Made by a program: the position numbers and the translations under genes | Part shown: positions 1-11,400 of the stretch, in pieces | Layout of the letters: each line of letters starts with the position of its first letter | Numbering within the stretch: the first letter of the stretch is position 1 | DNA from: Octopus sinensis | Taxonomy: Eukaryota | Direction of reading: 5' to 3' | Assembly (NCBI RefSeq): GCF_006345805.1 | Contig: NC_043018.1 | Location: 5,518,001 to 5,582,000, forward strand | Length of the DNA stretch: 64,000 nt | The notes under the pieces: model-generated | What the model saw: the letters and a program-made list of their open reading frames with translations, nothing else | Told to the model about the DNA's origin: nothing | Database searches by the model: none

Positions 1-508
1 ATTGCTGCGCAAGGTGATTATTTAGAAGGAGATGATGTTAAAATTTAGGTAAATAACTTATTTTTTTTATTAAATATAACTATTCCGGGAACGTTTTGAT
101 ACCATTCTGTATTGAGAATATAATATCGATACATAACTGATAAATTATTGATACGTTTTTGATAAGTTATTGATACATAAAAGTGTAATGAAAAAAGTGT
201 GGAATTTATTTTGTTCATTTTTTTTCTCATTTGTTACTTGCAAATAAATGTGTTAACATGTGACATTATTGACCGAGGTTACCGTGGTCTTTTCCGTAAG
301 CTTTTCTTCACACGGATAAACCTTATCTGCTTCCCCATTTACACTTTACATCTTGACATTTCTGTGATACACGATCCCTATTGATCGTTTTTGTTTTTAC
401 GATCCCTTTTGATCGAAATCCTACCGCACTTTTTTTTTCTCCCCAGAAAAGCTCTACTTTGTAATCTGTCCCGTCTGTGTGCAGCCCCGTGTGGCTAATA
501 AAGAAACA

Positions 509-617
<109 letters not shown>

Positions 618-911
618 GTGTTTGCCTGTCTGTCTGTGCATGCATGCATGTATACTCTTTACTCTTTTACTTGTTTCAGTCATTTGACTGCGGCCATGCT
701 GGAGCACCGCCTTTAGTCGAGCAAATCGACCCCGGGACTTATTCTTTGTAAGCCCAGTACTTATTCTATCGGTCTCTTTTGCCGAACCGCTAAGTGACGG
801 GGACGTAAACACACCAGCATCGGTTGTCAAGCAATGCTAGGGGGACAAACACAGACACACAAACACATACACACACATACATATCTTTATATATAAAAGA
901 GAAGTTGTGTG

Positions 912-1011
912 NNNNNNNNNNNNNNNNNNNNNNNNNNNNNNNNNNNNNNNNNNNNNNNNNNNNNNNNNNNNNNNNNNNNNNNNNNNNNNNNNNNNNNNNN
1001 NNNNNNNNNNN
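912..1011. other. Assembly gap (100 N)
   Basis: Run of 100 N. Confidence 1.
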
Positions 1012-1482
1012 AAGCATTTTCCCCTTTTGCCCATCTTTGCCTTATCTTGCAAGTTACTTGGTGACCTCACTAGTGCTGGTGCCATGAAAAAAGGCACCCA
1101 GTACCCACTGTAAAATGGCTGGTGTTAGGAAGGACATTCGGCTGAAGAGATCCCACCAATGCCGACATTGAGGGCTGATTCAGCTCTGTGGCTCATCAAA
1201 CTCTGTCAAAACATCCAACACATGTCAGCATGGAGAATGGACATAAAATGATGATGATGATGTTGAAAATGGTGAAAAGGACAGGACATTGTGGCCAGTA
1301 ACTTGGAATTCATTAATCATATTTCTTTCTAAACTTTGGCACAATGCCAGACATGTTGTTGGTAAGCAAGTTACTTACCACACAGCCACTCCTACACCTC
1401 AATTCACAATTTTTTTTTTAATCCTGGAAGAATTTGTTAACGTTACAATATGAAATAAATAATAATATAACTTGATACAAAC

Positions 1483-1538
1483 CTTGAGATGAAAGATTCA
1501 GTACCGACTAAAACAGACCCAACTGGAGCACCAATTCC
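1483..1538 (-). CDS. Tha1: L-threonine aldolase copy A, coding exon 6 (GIGAPVGSVLVGTESFIS); the gene continues off the left edge
   Basis: G.GAPVGS motif following the PLP lysine; cttcag acceptor, GT donor; 56 nt, phase 0-2. Missed by the ORF track. Confidence 0.92.
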
Positions 1539-1645
1539 CTGAAGATAATTTAAAGAAAAATTTTTTTACAGATTTTAGAAATACAGAAATGGATTAATAA
1601 TGAAATGAATATTTTTTTTAGATTTAGAAATAAATCTATAATGTA

Positions 1646-2041
1646 GGTGCAGGAGTGGCTGTGTGGTAAGTAGCTTGCTTACCAACCACATGGTTCCGGG
1701 TTCAGTCCCACTGCGAGGCATCTTGGGCAAGTATCTTCTGCTATAGCCTCGGGCTGACCAATGCCTTGTGAGTGAATTTGGTAGACGGACCTGAAAGAAG
1801 CTGTCGTATATATGTATGTGTGTGTATATATGTTGTGTGTCTTGTGTTTGTCCCCCCCCCACCATCGCTTTAACAACCGATGCTGGTGTGTTTACGTCCC
1901 CGTCACTTAGCGGTTCGGCAAAAAGAGACCGATAGAATAAGTACTGGGCTTACAAAGAATAAGACCCGGGGTTGATTTGGTCGACTAAAGGCAGTGCTCC
2001 AGCATGGCCGCAGTCAAATGACTGAAACAAGTAAAAGAGTA
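1646..2041 (+). mobile_element. tRNA-derived SINE, family 1 (full length)
   Basis: Head with A/B-box-like GGCTGTGTGGTAAG / GGTTCAGTCCC, internal (TA/TG)n, tail ending AAGAGTA. Homologous copies at about 652-860, 2372-2940, 3042-3265, 4150-4535, 24610-24840, 31720-31880, 45675-45835, 56385-57070. Confidence 0.85.
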
Positions 2042-2221
2042 ATAATTGTATTAAACCAAAAATTAATTATTCTGGAAATATACATATAAGTACAAGCACG
2101 GCTGTATGGTTAAGAAGCTTCTTTTGCAACCATGTAATGCTGAGTTCAAGCACACTGGTTTCTGGTTCAGCCCCACAGCATGGCATCTTAAGCAAATGTC
2201 TTCTACTATAGTCCTGGGCTG

Positions 2222-2263
<42 letters not shown>

Positions 2264-3795
2264 TTATTCTTTATAGAATTAAGGATAAAACCACTTTAAT
2301 GATTTTATCAAGTGGTCAGCATGAAATAAAAACTTTGTAGTAGAAGACACCTGCCCAATGTGAATTGAGGCGTAGGAGTGGCTGTGTGGTAAGTAGCTCG
2401 CTTACCAACCACATGGTTCCGGGTTCAGTCCTGCTTCGTGGAACCTTGGGCAAGTGTCTTCTACTATAGCCTCGGGCCGACCAAAGCCTTGTGAGTAGAT
2501 TTGCTTGACAGAAACTGAAAAAAGCCCGTCGTATACTCTTTTACTCTCATTACTCTTTTACTTGTTTCAGTCATTTGACTGCAGCCATGCTGGAGCACCG
2601 CCTTTAGTCGAGCAAATCGACCCTGGGACTTATTCTTTGTAAGCCCAGTACTTATTCTATCGGTCTCTTTTGCCGAACCGCTAAGTGACGGGGACGTAAA
2701 CACACCAGCATCGGTTGTCAAGCAACGCTAGGTGGACAAACACATACACACACATACATACATATATATACATATATACGACAGGCTTCTTTCAGTTTCC
2801 GTCTACCAAATCCACTCACAAGGCATTGGTCGGCCCGGGGCTATAGCAGAAGACACTTGCCCAAGATGCCACGCAGTGGGACTGAACCCGGAACCATGTG
2901 GTTGGTTAGCAAGCTACTTACCACACAACCACTCCTGCACCTATATATATATTTCGTTTCAGCTCAGAGCTGTGGCCATGTTGATGCACCGCTGTTAAAG
3001 ACACTTGTATATGTATATATATATGTGTGTATATATATATAATGTGTGTGTGTGTGTGTGTGTTTGTGTGTCTTTGTTTGTACCCCCAACATCGCTTGAC
3101 AACCGATGTTGGTGTGTTTACATCCCCGTAATTTAGCGGTTTGGCAAAAGAGACTGATAGGATAAGAACTAGGCTTACAAAGAATAAGTCCCGGGGTCGA
3201 TTCGCCCGACTAAAGGCGGTGCTCCAGCATGGCCACAGTCAAATGACTGAAACAAGTAAAAGAGTAGGGAGAGTAACAGAAAGTACAAGAATGTGCCCCG
3301 CAGTGGGACTGAACCCAGAACCACGTGGTCAGGAAGCCACCCCTGCACCTAACTATGTCAACATCAATGGATGGAAGCACTCCGTCGGTTACGACGATGA
3401 GGGTTCTGGTTGATCCGATCAACGGAACAACCTGCTCGTGAAATTAACGTGTAAGTGGCTGAGCACTCCACAGACACGTGTACCCTTAACGTAGTTCTCG
3501 AGGAGATTCAGCGTGACACACAGGATGTGACAAGGCTGGCCCTTTGAAATACAGGTACAACAGAAACAGGAAGAAAGAGCGGGAGAAAGTTGTGGTGAAA
3601 GAGTACAGCAGGGGTCACCACCATCCCTGCCGGAGCCTCGTGGAGCTTTAGGTGTTTTCGCTCAATAAACACTCACAACGCCCAGTCTGGGAATTGAAAC
3701 CACGATCCTACGATCACGAGTCCGCTGCCCTAACCACTGGGCCATTGCGCCTCCACATCAATAACACCAATAATAACATCAAACATATATCTTAC

Positions 3796-3933
3796 TTTAC
3801 TGAAACACATGCTGACAGAATCACAGTATTTTGTTATTTCAGAAGCAGGAACACCGAGAGCAACAGCTGCATTCATAAGGCGTGCACCATCTATATGCAC
3901 CTTGATACCATTTTCCTGTGCTAAATTATACAC
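3796..3933 (-). CDS. Tha1: L-threonine aldolase copy A, coding exon 5 (VYNLAQENGIKVHIDGARLMNAAVALGVPASEITKYCDSVSMCFSK)
   Basis: H.DGAR and DSVS.CFSK motifs, ending at the PLP Schiff-base lysine; ttcccag acceptor, GTAAG donor; 138 nt. Confidence 0.96.
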
Positions 3934-4812
3934 CTGGGAAAATACAAATTATTAAACTGTTAAAATAGAGAACACAGTTGATAATTTTGATTTACCTTTT
4001 TTGTAGTTTAATTCCAAGTTTTAAACATCAGCAGCAGGTAGAACTCAGATTCAAACGTTTAGCTTTTGGATCATTCTGTCAAATGTAATGCCTATTTATT
4101 CACACTGCTTGGAATTAATTATCTTGTATCTTTGTGGTTTTGATGAGGTGACTCTTTTACTTGTTTCAGTCATTTGACTGCGGCCATGCTGGAGCACCAC
4201 CTTTAGTCGAGCAAATCGACCCTGGGACTTATTCTTTGTAAGCCCAGTACTTATTCTATCAGTCTCTTTTGCCGAACCGCTAAGTGACAGGGACGTAAAC
4301 ACACCAGCATCGGTTGTCAAGCAATGCTAGGGGGACAAACACACACACATACATATATATATATACATATATACGACAGGCTTCTTTCAGTTTCCGTCTA
4401 CCAAATCCACTCACAAGGCATTCGTCAGCCTGGGCTATAGCAGAAGACACTTGCGCAAGATGCCACGCAGTGGGACTGAACCTGGAACCATGTGGTTGGT
4501 TAGCAAGCTACTTACCACACAGCCACTCCTGTGCCTATGGCTTTGTAGGAGAGATATGAGAGGCTGGATCTGGCCAGTTTGAACCTAAAACAGGTAGCTA
4601 AAGAGTTAACTACCTATCAAAGAAGACCTGCTTTTCTGTGCAAACATGGCAAAAGGAAAACATGCTACAAGTGCAGCCCTGGTTTAAGTATTTATGAAAG
4701 AAAAATGTAGGGGTGTAGGAGGATCTTGCTAAGGATAGTACTTTGGTGTCTAGCATGTTACTGTTTACCTGACAGGGCAGACAGGCATCACTGGCTCTCA
4801 CTCACCCCTTAA

Positions 4813-5033
4813 CCCTTTAGGGTTCACATTATTCTGCCAAAACTAATGCTTTTTTATCCACATTGTTTTGAACTAATCATGCATTATCTTGTAGCTATGA
4901 GATTTTGATGAGGTAGCTATTAATTTTTAAAACGATATTGTAGGGTTGGTGTGAAAGACCAGATCTGGCCAGTTTGAACATAAAACAGGCAGAATACTTT
5001 TGGCCGGATATGGCCGGTTTAAATGCTAAAGGG
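4813..5033. mobile_element. piggyBac-like MITE (TTAA-CCCTTTAG...CTAAAGGG)
   Basis: Short TIRs with TTAA on the left; related copies at about 22237-22407, 22890-23410 and 41460-41760. Confidence 0.6.
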
Positions 5034-5312
5034 TAAAATCTCTTTTGTGCTGGCTCCAAGTGCCACACCCCAGTATGTTGCCTCAGCAGACTCCCACTCA
5101 CTCCTTAAATCTCACTTGTGCTGGCTCCAATTTCTCTCCTCACCCCTGGTCCATCATCTCAGCTGCTGAGCCATACCACATGAAGGGATTGTGCTTACCC
5201 TGCACAAATAGGCAGGTAGAGGAGTAGAGGCAATGGCCAATGGCCAGGGAAGGAAGAGTCAGAAAAAGACAAATGACCAGATGTATGTAACTGGGGGTGA
5301 CTGTTCTGCACT

Positions 5313-5478
5313 ATAATATAATAATAATAAAAATAATGAAATTATTGTATACAGTGCTCAGGTGCACCACAACTTGTCAGAAAGTGCATATAAAGCATAT
5401 GCAGTAATGTACAAATGCCTGCGAAGTGAACAGTGTATGAGTCAGAGACATGCTTGCGTGTGTATGGAGGGGAGAAAA
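5313..5478 (-). mobile_element. LINE 3' UTR and (ATT)-like tail terminating the satellite
   Basis: Single-copy sequence directly after the unit's TGA stop (5481-5479), ending in a short ATT-rich tail. Confidence 0.7.
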
Positions 5479-8400
5479 TCAGGTGTAGTGTTGGCGAATC
5501 TCAGGAAGTATGGAAGTTTTGAAGGATGCAGTTATCCGGCAACAAACAACTGATGCCGGCAGTTTGTTCCATGCTTCAGCACCTCTCAGCGTGAAAAAAT
5601 GTTTCTGAAAGTCATGGGAGCTGTGCTGTTTTCTGACTTTGTAAACATGTCCATGGGTGTTAGACAGGTGTAGTGCTGGTGAATCTTCAGGAAGCATGGA
5701 AGTTTTGAAGGATGCAGTTATCGGCAACAAACAACTGATGCCGGCAGTTTGTTCCATGCTTCAGCAACTCTCAGTGTGAAAAATGTTTCCGAAAGTCATG
5801 GGAGCTGTGCTGTTTTCTGACTTTGTAAACATGTCCATGGGTGTTAGACAGGTGTAGTGCGGGTGAATCTCAGGAAGCATGGAAGTTTTGAAGGATGCAG
5901 TTATCCGGCAACAAACAACTGATGCCGGCAGTTTGTTCCATGCTTCAGCAACTCTCAGTGTGAAAAATGTTTCTGAAAGTCATGGGAGCTGTGCTGTTTT
6001 TGACTTTGTAAACATGTCCATGGGTGTTAGACAGGTGTAGTGTGGTGAATCTCAGGAGCATGGAAGTTTTGAAGGATGCAGTTTTCCGGCAACAAACAAC
6101 TGATGCCGGCAGTTTGTTCCATGCTTCAGCAACTCTCAGTGTGAAAAAATGTTTTGAAAGTCATGGAGCTGTGCCTGTTTTCTGAACTTTAAACATGTCC
6201 ATGGGTGTTAGACAGGTGTAGTGCTGGTGAATCTCAGGAAGCATGGAGGTTTTGAAGGATGCAGTTATCCGGCAACAAACAACTGATGCCGGCAGTGTGT
6301 TCCATGCTTCAGCAACTCTCAGTGTGAAAAAATGTTTCCGAAAGTCATGGGAGCTGTGCTGTTTTTTCTGACTTTGTAAACATGTCATGGGTGTTAGACA
6401 GGTGTAGTGCTGGCGAATCTCAGGAAGCATGGAAGTTTTGAAGGATGCAGTATCCGGCAACAACAACTGATGCCGGCAGTTTGTTCCATGCTTCAGCAAC
6501 TCTCAGTGTGAAAAAATGTTTCTGAAAGTCATGGGAGCTGTGTGCTGTTTTCTGACTTTGTAAATATATCCACGGGTCTTAGACGGGTGGAGAGGGGAGA
6601 AAATCAGGTCTGTGTGTTGGCGAATCTCAGGAAGCCTGGAAGTTTTGAAGGATGCAGTGCTCCGACAACTAACAATGATGCCGGCAGTTTATTCCATGCT
6701 TCAGCAACTCTCAGTGTGAAAAAATGTTTCTGAAAGTCATGGGAGCTGTGCTGTTTTCTGACTTTGTAAACATGTCCATGGGTGTTAGACAGGTTGTAGT
6801 GCTGGTGAATCTCAGGAAGCATGGAAGTTTTGAAGGATGCAGTTATCCGGCAACAAACAACTGATGCCGGCAGTTTGTTCCATGCTTCAGCAACTCTCAG
6901 TGTGAAAAAATGTTTCTGAAAGTCAGGGAGTGCTGGAGCTGTGCTTTTCTGACTTGTAAAATATATCCACGGGTCTTAGACGGGTGGAGGGGAGAAAATC
7001 AGGTGTAGTGTTGGCGAATCTCAGGAAGCTGGAAGTTTTGAAGGATGCAGTGCTCCGACAACTAACAAATGATGCCGGCAGTTGTTCCATGCTTCAGCAA
7101 CTCTCAGTGTGAAAAAATGTTTCTGAAAGTCATGGGAGCTGTGCTGTTTTCTGACTTTGTAAACATGTCCATGGGTGTTAGACAGGTGTAGTGCTGGTGA
7201 ATCTCAGGAAGCATGGAAGTTTTGAAGGATGCAGTTATCCGGCAACAAACAACTGATGCCGGCAGTTTGTTCCATGCTTCAGCAAACTCAGTGTGAAAAA
7301 TGTTTCTGAAAGTCATGGGAGCTGTGCTGTTTTCTGACTTTGTAAACATGTCCATGGGTGTTAGACAGGTGTAGTGCTGGTGAATCTCAGGAAGCATGGA
7401 AGTTTTGAAGGATGCAGTATCCGGCAACAAACAACTGATGCCGGCAGTTTGTTCCATGCTTCAGCAACTCTCAGTGTGAAAAATGTTTCTGAAGTCATGG
7501 GAGCTGTGCTGTTTTCTGACTTTGTAATATATCCACGGGTGTTAGACGGGTGGAGGGGAGGAAAATCAGGTGTAGTGTTGGCGAATCTCAGGAAGCCTGG
7601 AGCTTTGAAGGATGCAGTGCTCCGACAACTACAACTGATGCCGGCAGTTTGTTCCATGCTTCAGCAACTCTCAGTGTGAAAAAATGTTTCTGAAGTCATG
7701 GAGCTGTGCTGTTTTCTGACTTTGTAAATTATATCCAGGTCTTAGACGGGTGGATGGGGAAGGAGAAAATCAGGTGTAGTGTTGGCGAATCTCAGGAAGC
7801 CTGGAAGTTTTGAAGGATGCAGTGCTCCGACAACTAACAACTGATGCCGACAGTTTGTTCCATGCTTCAGCAAACTCTCCGCGTGAAAAAAAATGTCCCA
7901 AAAGTCATGGGAGCTGTGCTGTTTTCTGACTTTGTAAACATGTCCATGGGTGTTAGACAGGTGGAGGGGAGAAAATCAGGTGTAGTGTTGGCGAATCTCA
8001 GAAAGCATGGAAGTTGTGAAGGATGCAGTGCTCCGACACTAACAACTGATGCCGACAGTTTTGTTTCCTGCTTCAGCAACTCTCAGCGTGTGAAAAAATG
8101 TTTCCAAAAGTCGATGGGAGCTGTGCCGTTTTCTGACTTTGTAAACATGTCCATGGGTGTTAGACGGGTGGTGGGGGAGAAAATCAGTGTAGTGTTGGTG
8201 AATCTCAGGAAGCATAGAAGTTTTGAAGGATGCAGTGCTCCGACACTAACAACTGATGCCGACAGTTTGGTTCATGCTTCAGCAACTCTCAGTGGTGAAA
8301 AATGTTTCCAAAAGTCATGGGAAGCTGTGCTTTTCTGACTTTGTAAACATGTCCATGTCGGTGTTAGACGGGTGGAGGGGAGAAAATCAGGTTTAGTGTT

Positions 8401-11400
8401 GGTGAATCTCAGGAAGCATGGAGTTTGTGAAGGATGCAGTTATCTGGCAACTAACAACTGATGCCGGCAGTTTGTTCCATGCTTCAGCAACTCTCAGTGT
8501 GAAAAAATGTTTTTCGAAAAAGTCATGGGAGCGTGCTGTTTTCTGACTTTTTGTAAACATGTCCATGGGTGTTAGACAGGTGGGAGGAGAGAAAATCAGG
8601 TGTAGTGTTGGCGAATCTCAGAAAGCATGGAAGTTTTGAAGGATGCAGTGCTCCGACAACTAACAACTGATGCCGACAGTTTGTTCCATGCTTCAGCAAC
8701 TCTCAGCGTGAAAAAATGTTTCCGAAAGTCATGGGAGCTGTGCTGTTTTCTGACTTTGTAAACCTGTCCATGGGTGTTAGACAGGTGGAGGGGAGAAAAT
8801 CAGGTGTAGTGTTGGTGAATCTCAGGAAGCATGGAAGTTTTGAAGGATGCGGCAGTTATCCGGCAACTAACAACTGATGCTGGCAGTTGTGCATGCTCAG
8901 CTTCATCAGCTCTCAGCGTGGAAAAATGTTTCCGAAAGTCATGGGAGCTGTGCTGTTTTCTGACTTTGTAAATATATACCACGGGTGTTAGACGTGTGGA
9001 GGGGAGAAAATCAGGTGTAGTGTTGGCAAATCTCAGGAGCATGGAAGTTTTGAAGGAGGCAGTTATCTGGCAACTAACAACTGATGCCGGCGTTTTTTGT
9101 TCCAGCTTCAGCAACTCTCAGGTGAAAAAATGTTTAAAAAGTCAATGGAGCTGTGCTGTTTCTGACTTTGTAAACATGTCCATGGGTGTTAGACAGGTGT
9201 TGTAGTGTAGTGGTGGAAATCTCAGGAAGCATGGAAGTTTTGAAGGTGCAGTTATCCGGCAACTAACAACTGATGCCGGAGAGTTGTTCCATGCTTCAGC
9301 ACCTCTCAGCGTGAAAAATGTTTCCGAAAGTCATGGGAGCTGTGCTGTTTTCTGATTTGTAAACATGTCCAGGGGTGTTAGACAGGTGTAGTAGTTGGTG
9401 AATCTCAGGAGATGGAAGTTTGAAGGATTGCAGTGCTCCGACAACTAACAACTGATGCCGACAGTTTGTTCCATGCTTCACAGAACTCTCAGCGTGAAAA
9501 AATATTTCCGAAGTCATGGGAGCTGTGCTGTTTTCTGACTTTGTAAACATGTCCATGGGTGTTAGACAGGTGGAGGGGAGAAAATCAGGTGTAGTGTTGG
9601 TGAATCTGAGGAAGCATGGAAGTTTGAAGGATGCAGTATCCGGCAACAAACAACTGATGCTGGCAGTTTGTTCCATGCTTCAGCAACTCTCAGCGTGAAA
9701 AAATGTTTCTGAAAGTCATGGAGCTGTGCTGTTTTATGACTTTGTAAACATGTCCATGGGTGTTAGACAGGTGTAGTGCTGTGAATCTCAGGAAGCATGA
9801 AGTTTGAAGGATGCAGTTATCCGGCACAAACAACTGATGCCGGCAGTTTGTTCCATGCTTCAGCAACTTCAGTGTGAAAAATGTTTCTGAAAGTCATGGG
9901 AGAGTTGCTGGTTTCTGACTTTGTAAACATGTCCATGGGTGTTAGACAGGTGTAGTGTGGTGAATCTCAGGAAGCATGGAAGTTTTGAAGGATGCAGTTA
10001 TCGGCAACAACAACTGATGCCGGCAGTTTGTTCCATGCTTCAGCAACTCTCAGGGTGAAAAAATGTTTCCGAAGTCATGGGAGCTGTGCTTGTTTTCTGA
10101 CTTTTATAAACTGTCCATGGGTGTTAGACAGGTGTAGTGCTGGCGATCTCAGGAAGCATGGAAGTTTTGAAGGATTGCAGTTTTCCGGCAACAAACAACT
10201 GATGCCGGCAGTTTGTTCCATGCTTCAGCAACTCTCAGTGTGAAAAATGTTTCTGAAAGTCATGGGAGCTGTGCTTGTCTTCTGACTTTGTAAATATATC
10301 CAGGTCTTAGACGGGTGGAGGGGAGAAAATCAGGTGTAGTGTGGCGAATCTCAGGAAGCCTGGAAGTTTTGAAGGATGCAGTGCTCCGACAACTAACAAA
10401 TGATGCCGGCAGTTTGTTCCATGCTTCAGCAACTCTCAGTGTGAAAAAATGTTTCTGAAAGTCATGGGAGCTGTGCTGTTTTCTGACTTTGTAAACATGT
10501 CCATGGGTGTTAGACAGGTGTAGTGCTGGTGAATCTCAGGAAGCATGGAAGTTTTGAAGGATGCAGTTATCCGGCAACAAACAACTGATGCCGGCAGTTT
10601 GTTCCATGCTTCAGCAACTCTCAGTGTGAAAAAATGTTTCTGAAAGTCATGGGAGCTGTGCTGTTTTCTGACTTTGTAAATATATCCACGGGTCTTAGAC
10701 GGGTGGAGGGGAGAAAATCAGGTGTAGTGTTGGCGAATCTCAGGAAGCCTGGAAGTTTTGAAGGATGCAGTGCTCCGACAACTAACAACTGATGCCGGCA
10801 GTTTGTTCCATGCTTCAGCAACTCTCAGTGTGAAAAAATGTTTCTGAAAGTCATGGGAGCTGTGCTGTTTTCTGACTTTGTAAACATGTCCATGGGTGTT
10901 AGACAGGTGTAGTGCTGGTGAATCTCAGGAAGCATGGAAGTTTTGAAGGATGCAGTTATCCGGCAACAAACAACTGATGCCGGCAGTTTGTTCCATGCTT
11001 CAGCAACTCTCAGTGTGAAAAAATGTTTCTGAAAGTCATGGGAGCTGTGCTGTTTTCTGACTTTGTAAACATGTCCATGGGTGTTAGACAGGTGTAGTGC
11101 TGGTGAATCTCAGGAAGCATGGAAGTTTTGAAGGATGCAGTTATCCGGCAACAAACAACTGATGCCGGCAGTTTGTTCCATGCTTCAGCAACTCTCAGTG
11201 TGAAAAAATGTTTCCGAAAGTCATGGGAGCTGTGCTGTTTTCTGACTTTGTAAACATGTCCATGGGTGTTAGACAGGTGTAGTGCTGGTGAATCTCAGGA
11301 AGCATGGAAGTTTTGAAGGATGCAGTTATCCGCAACAACAACTGATGCCGCAGTTTGTTCCATGCTTCAGCAACTCTCAGTGTGAAAAAAGTGTTCTGAA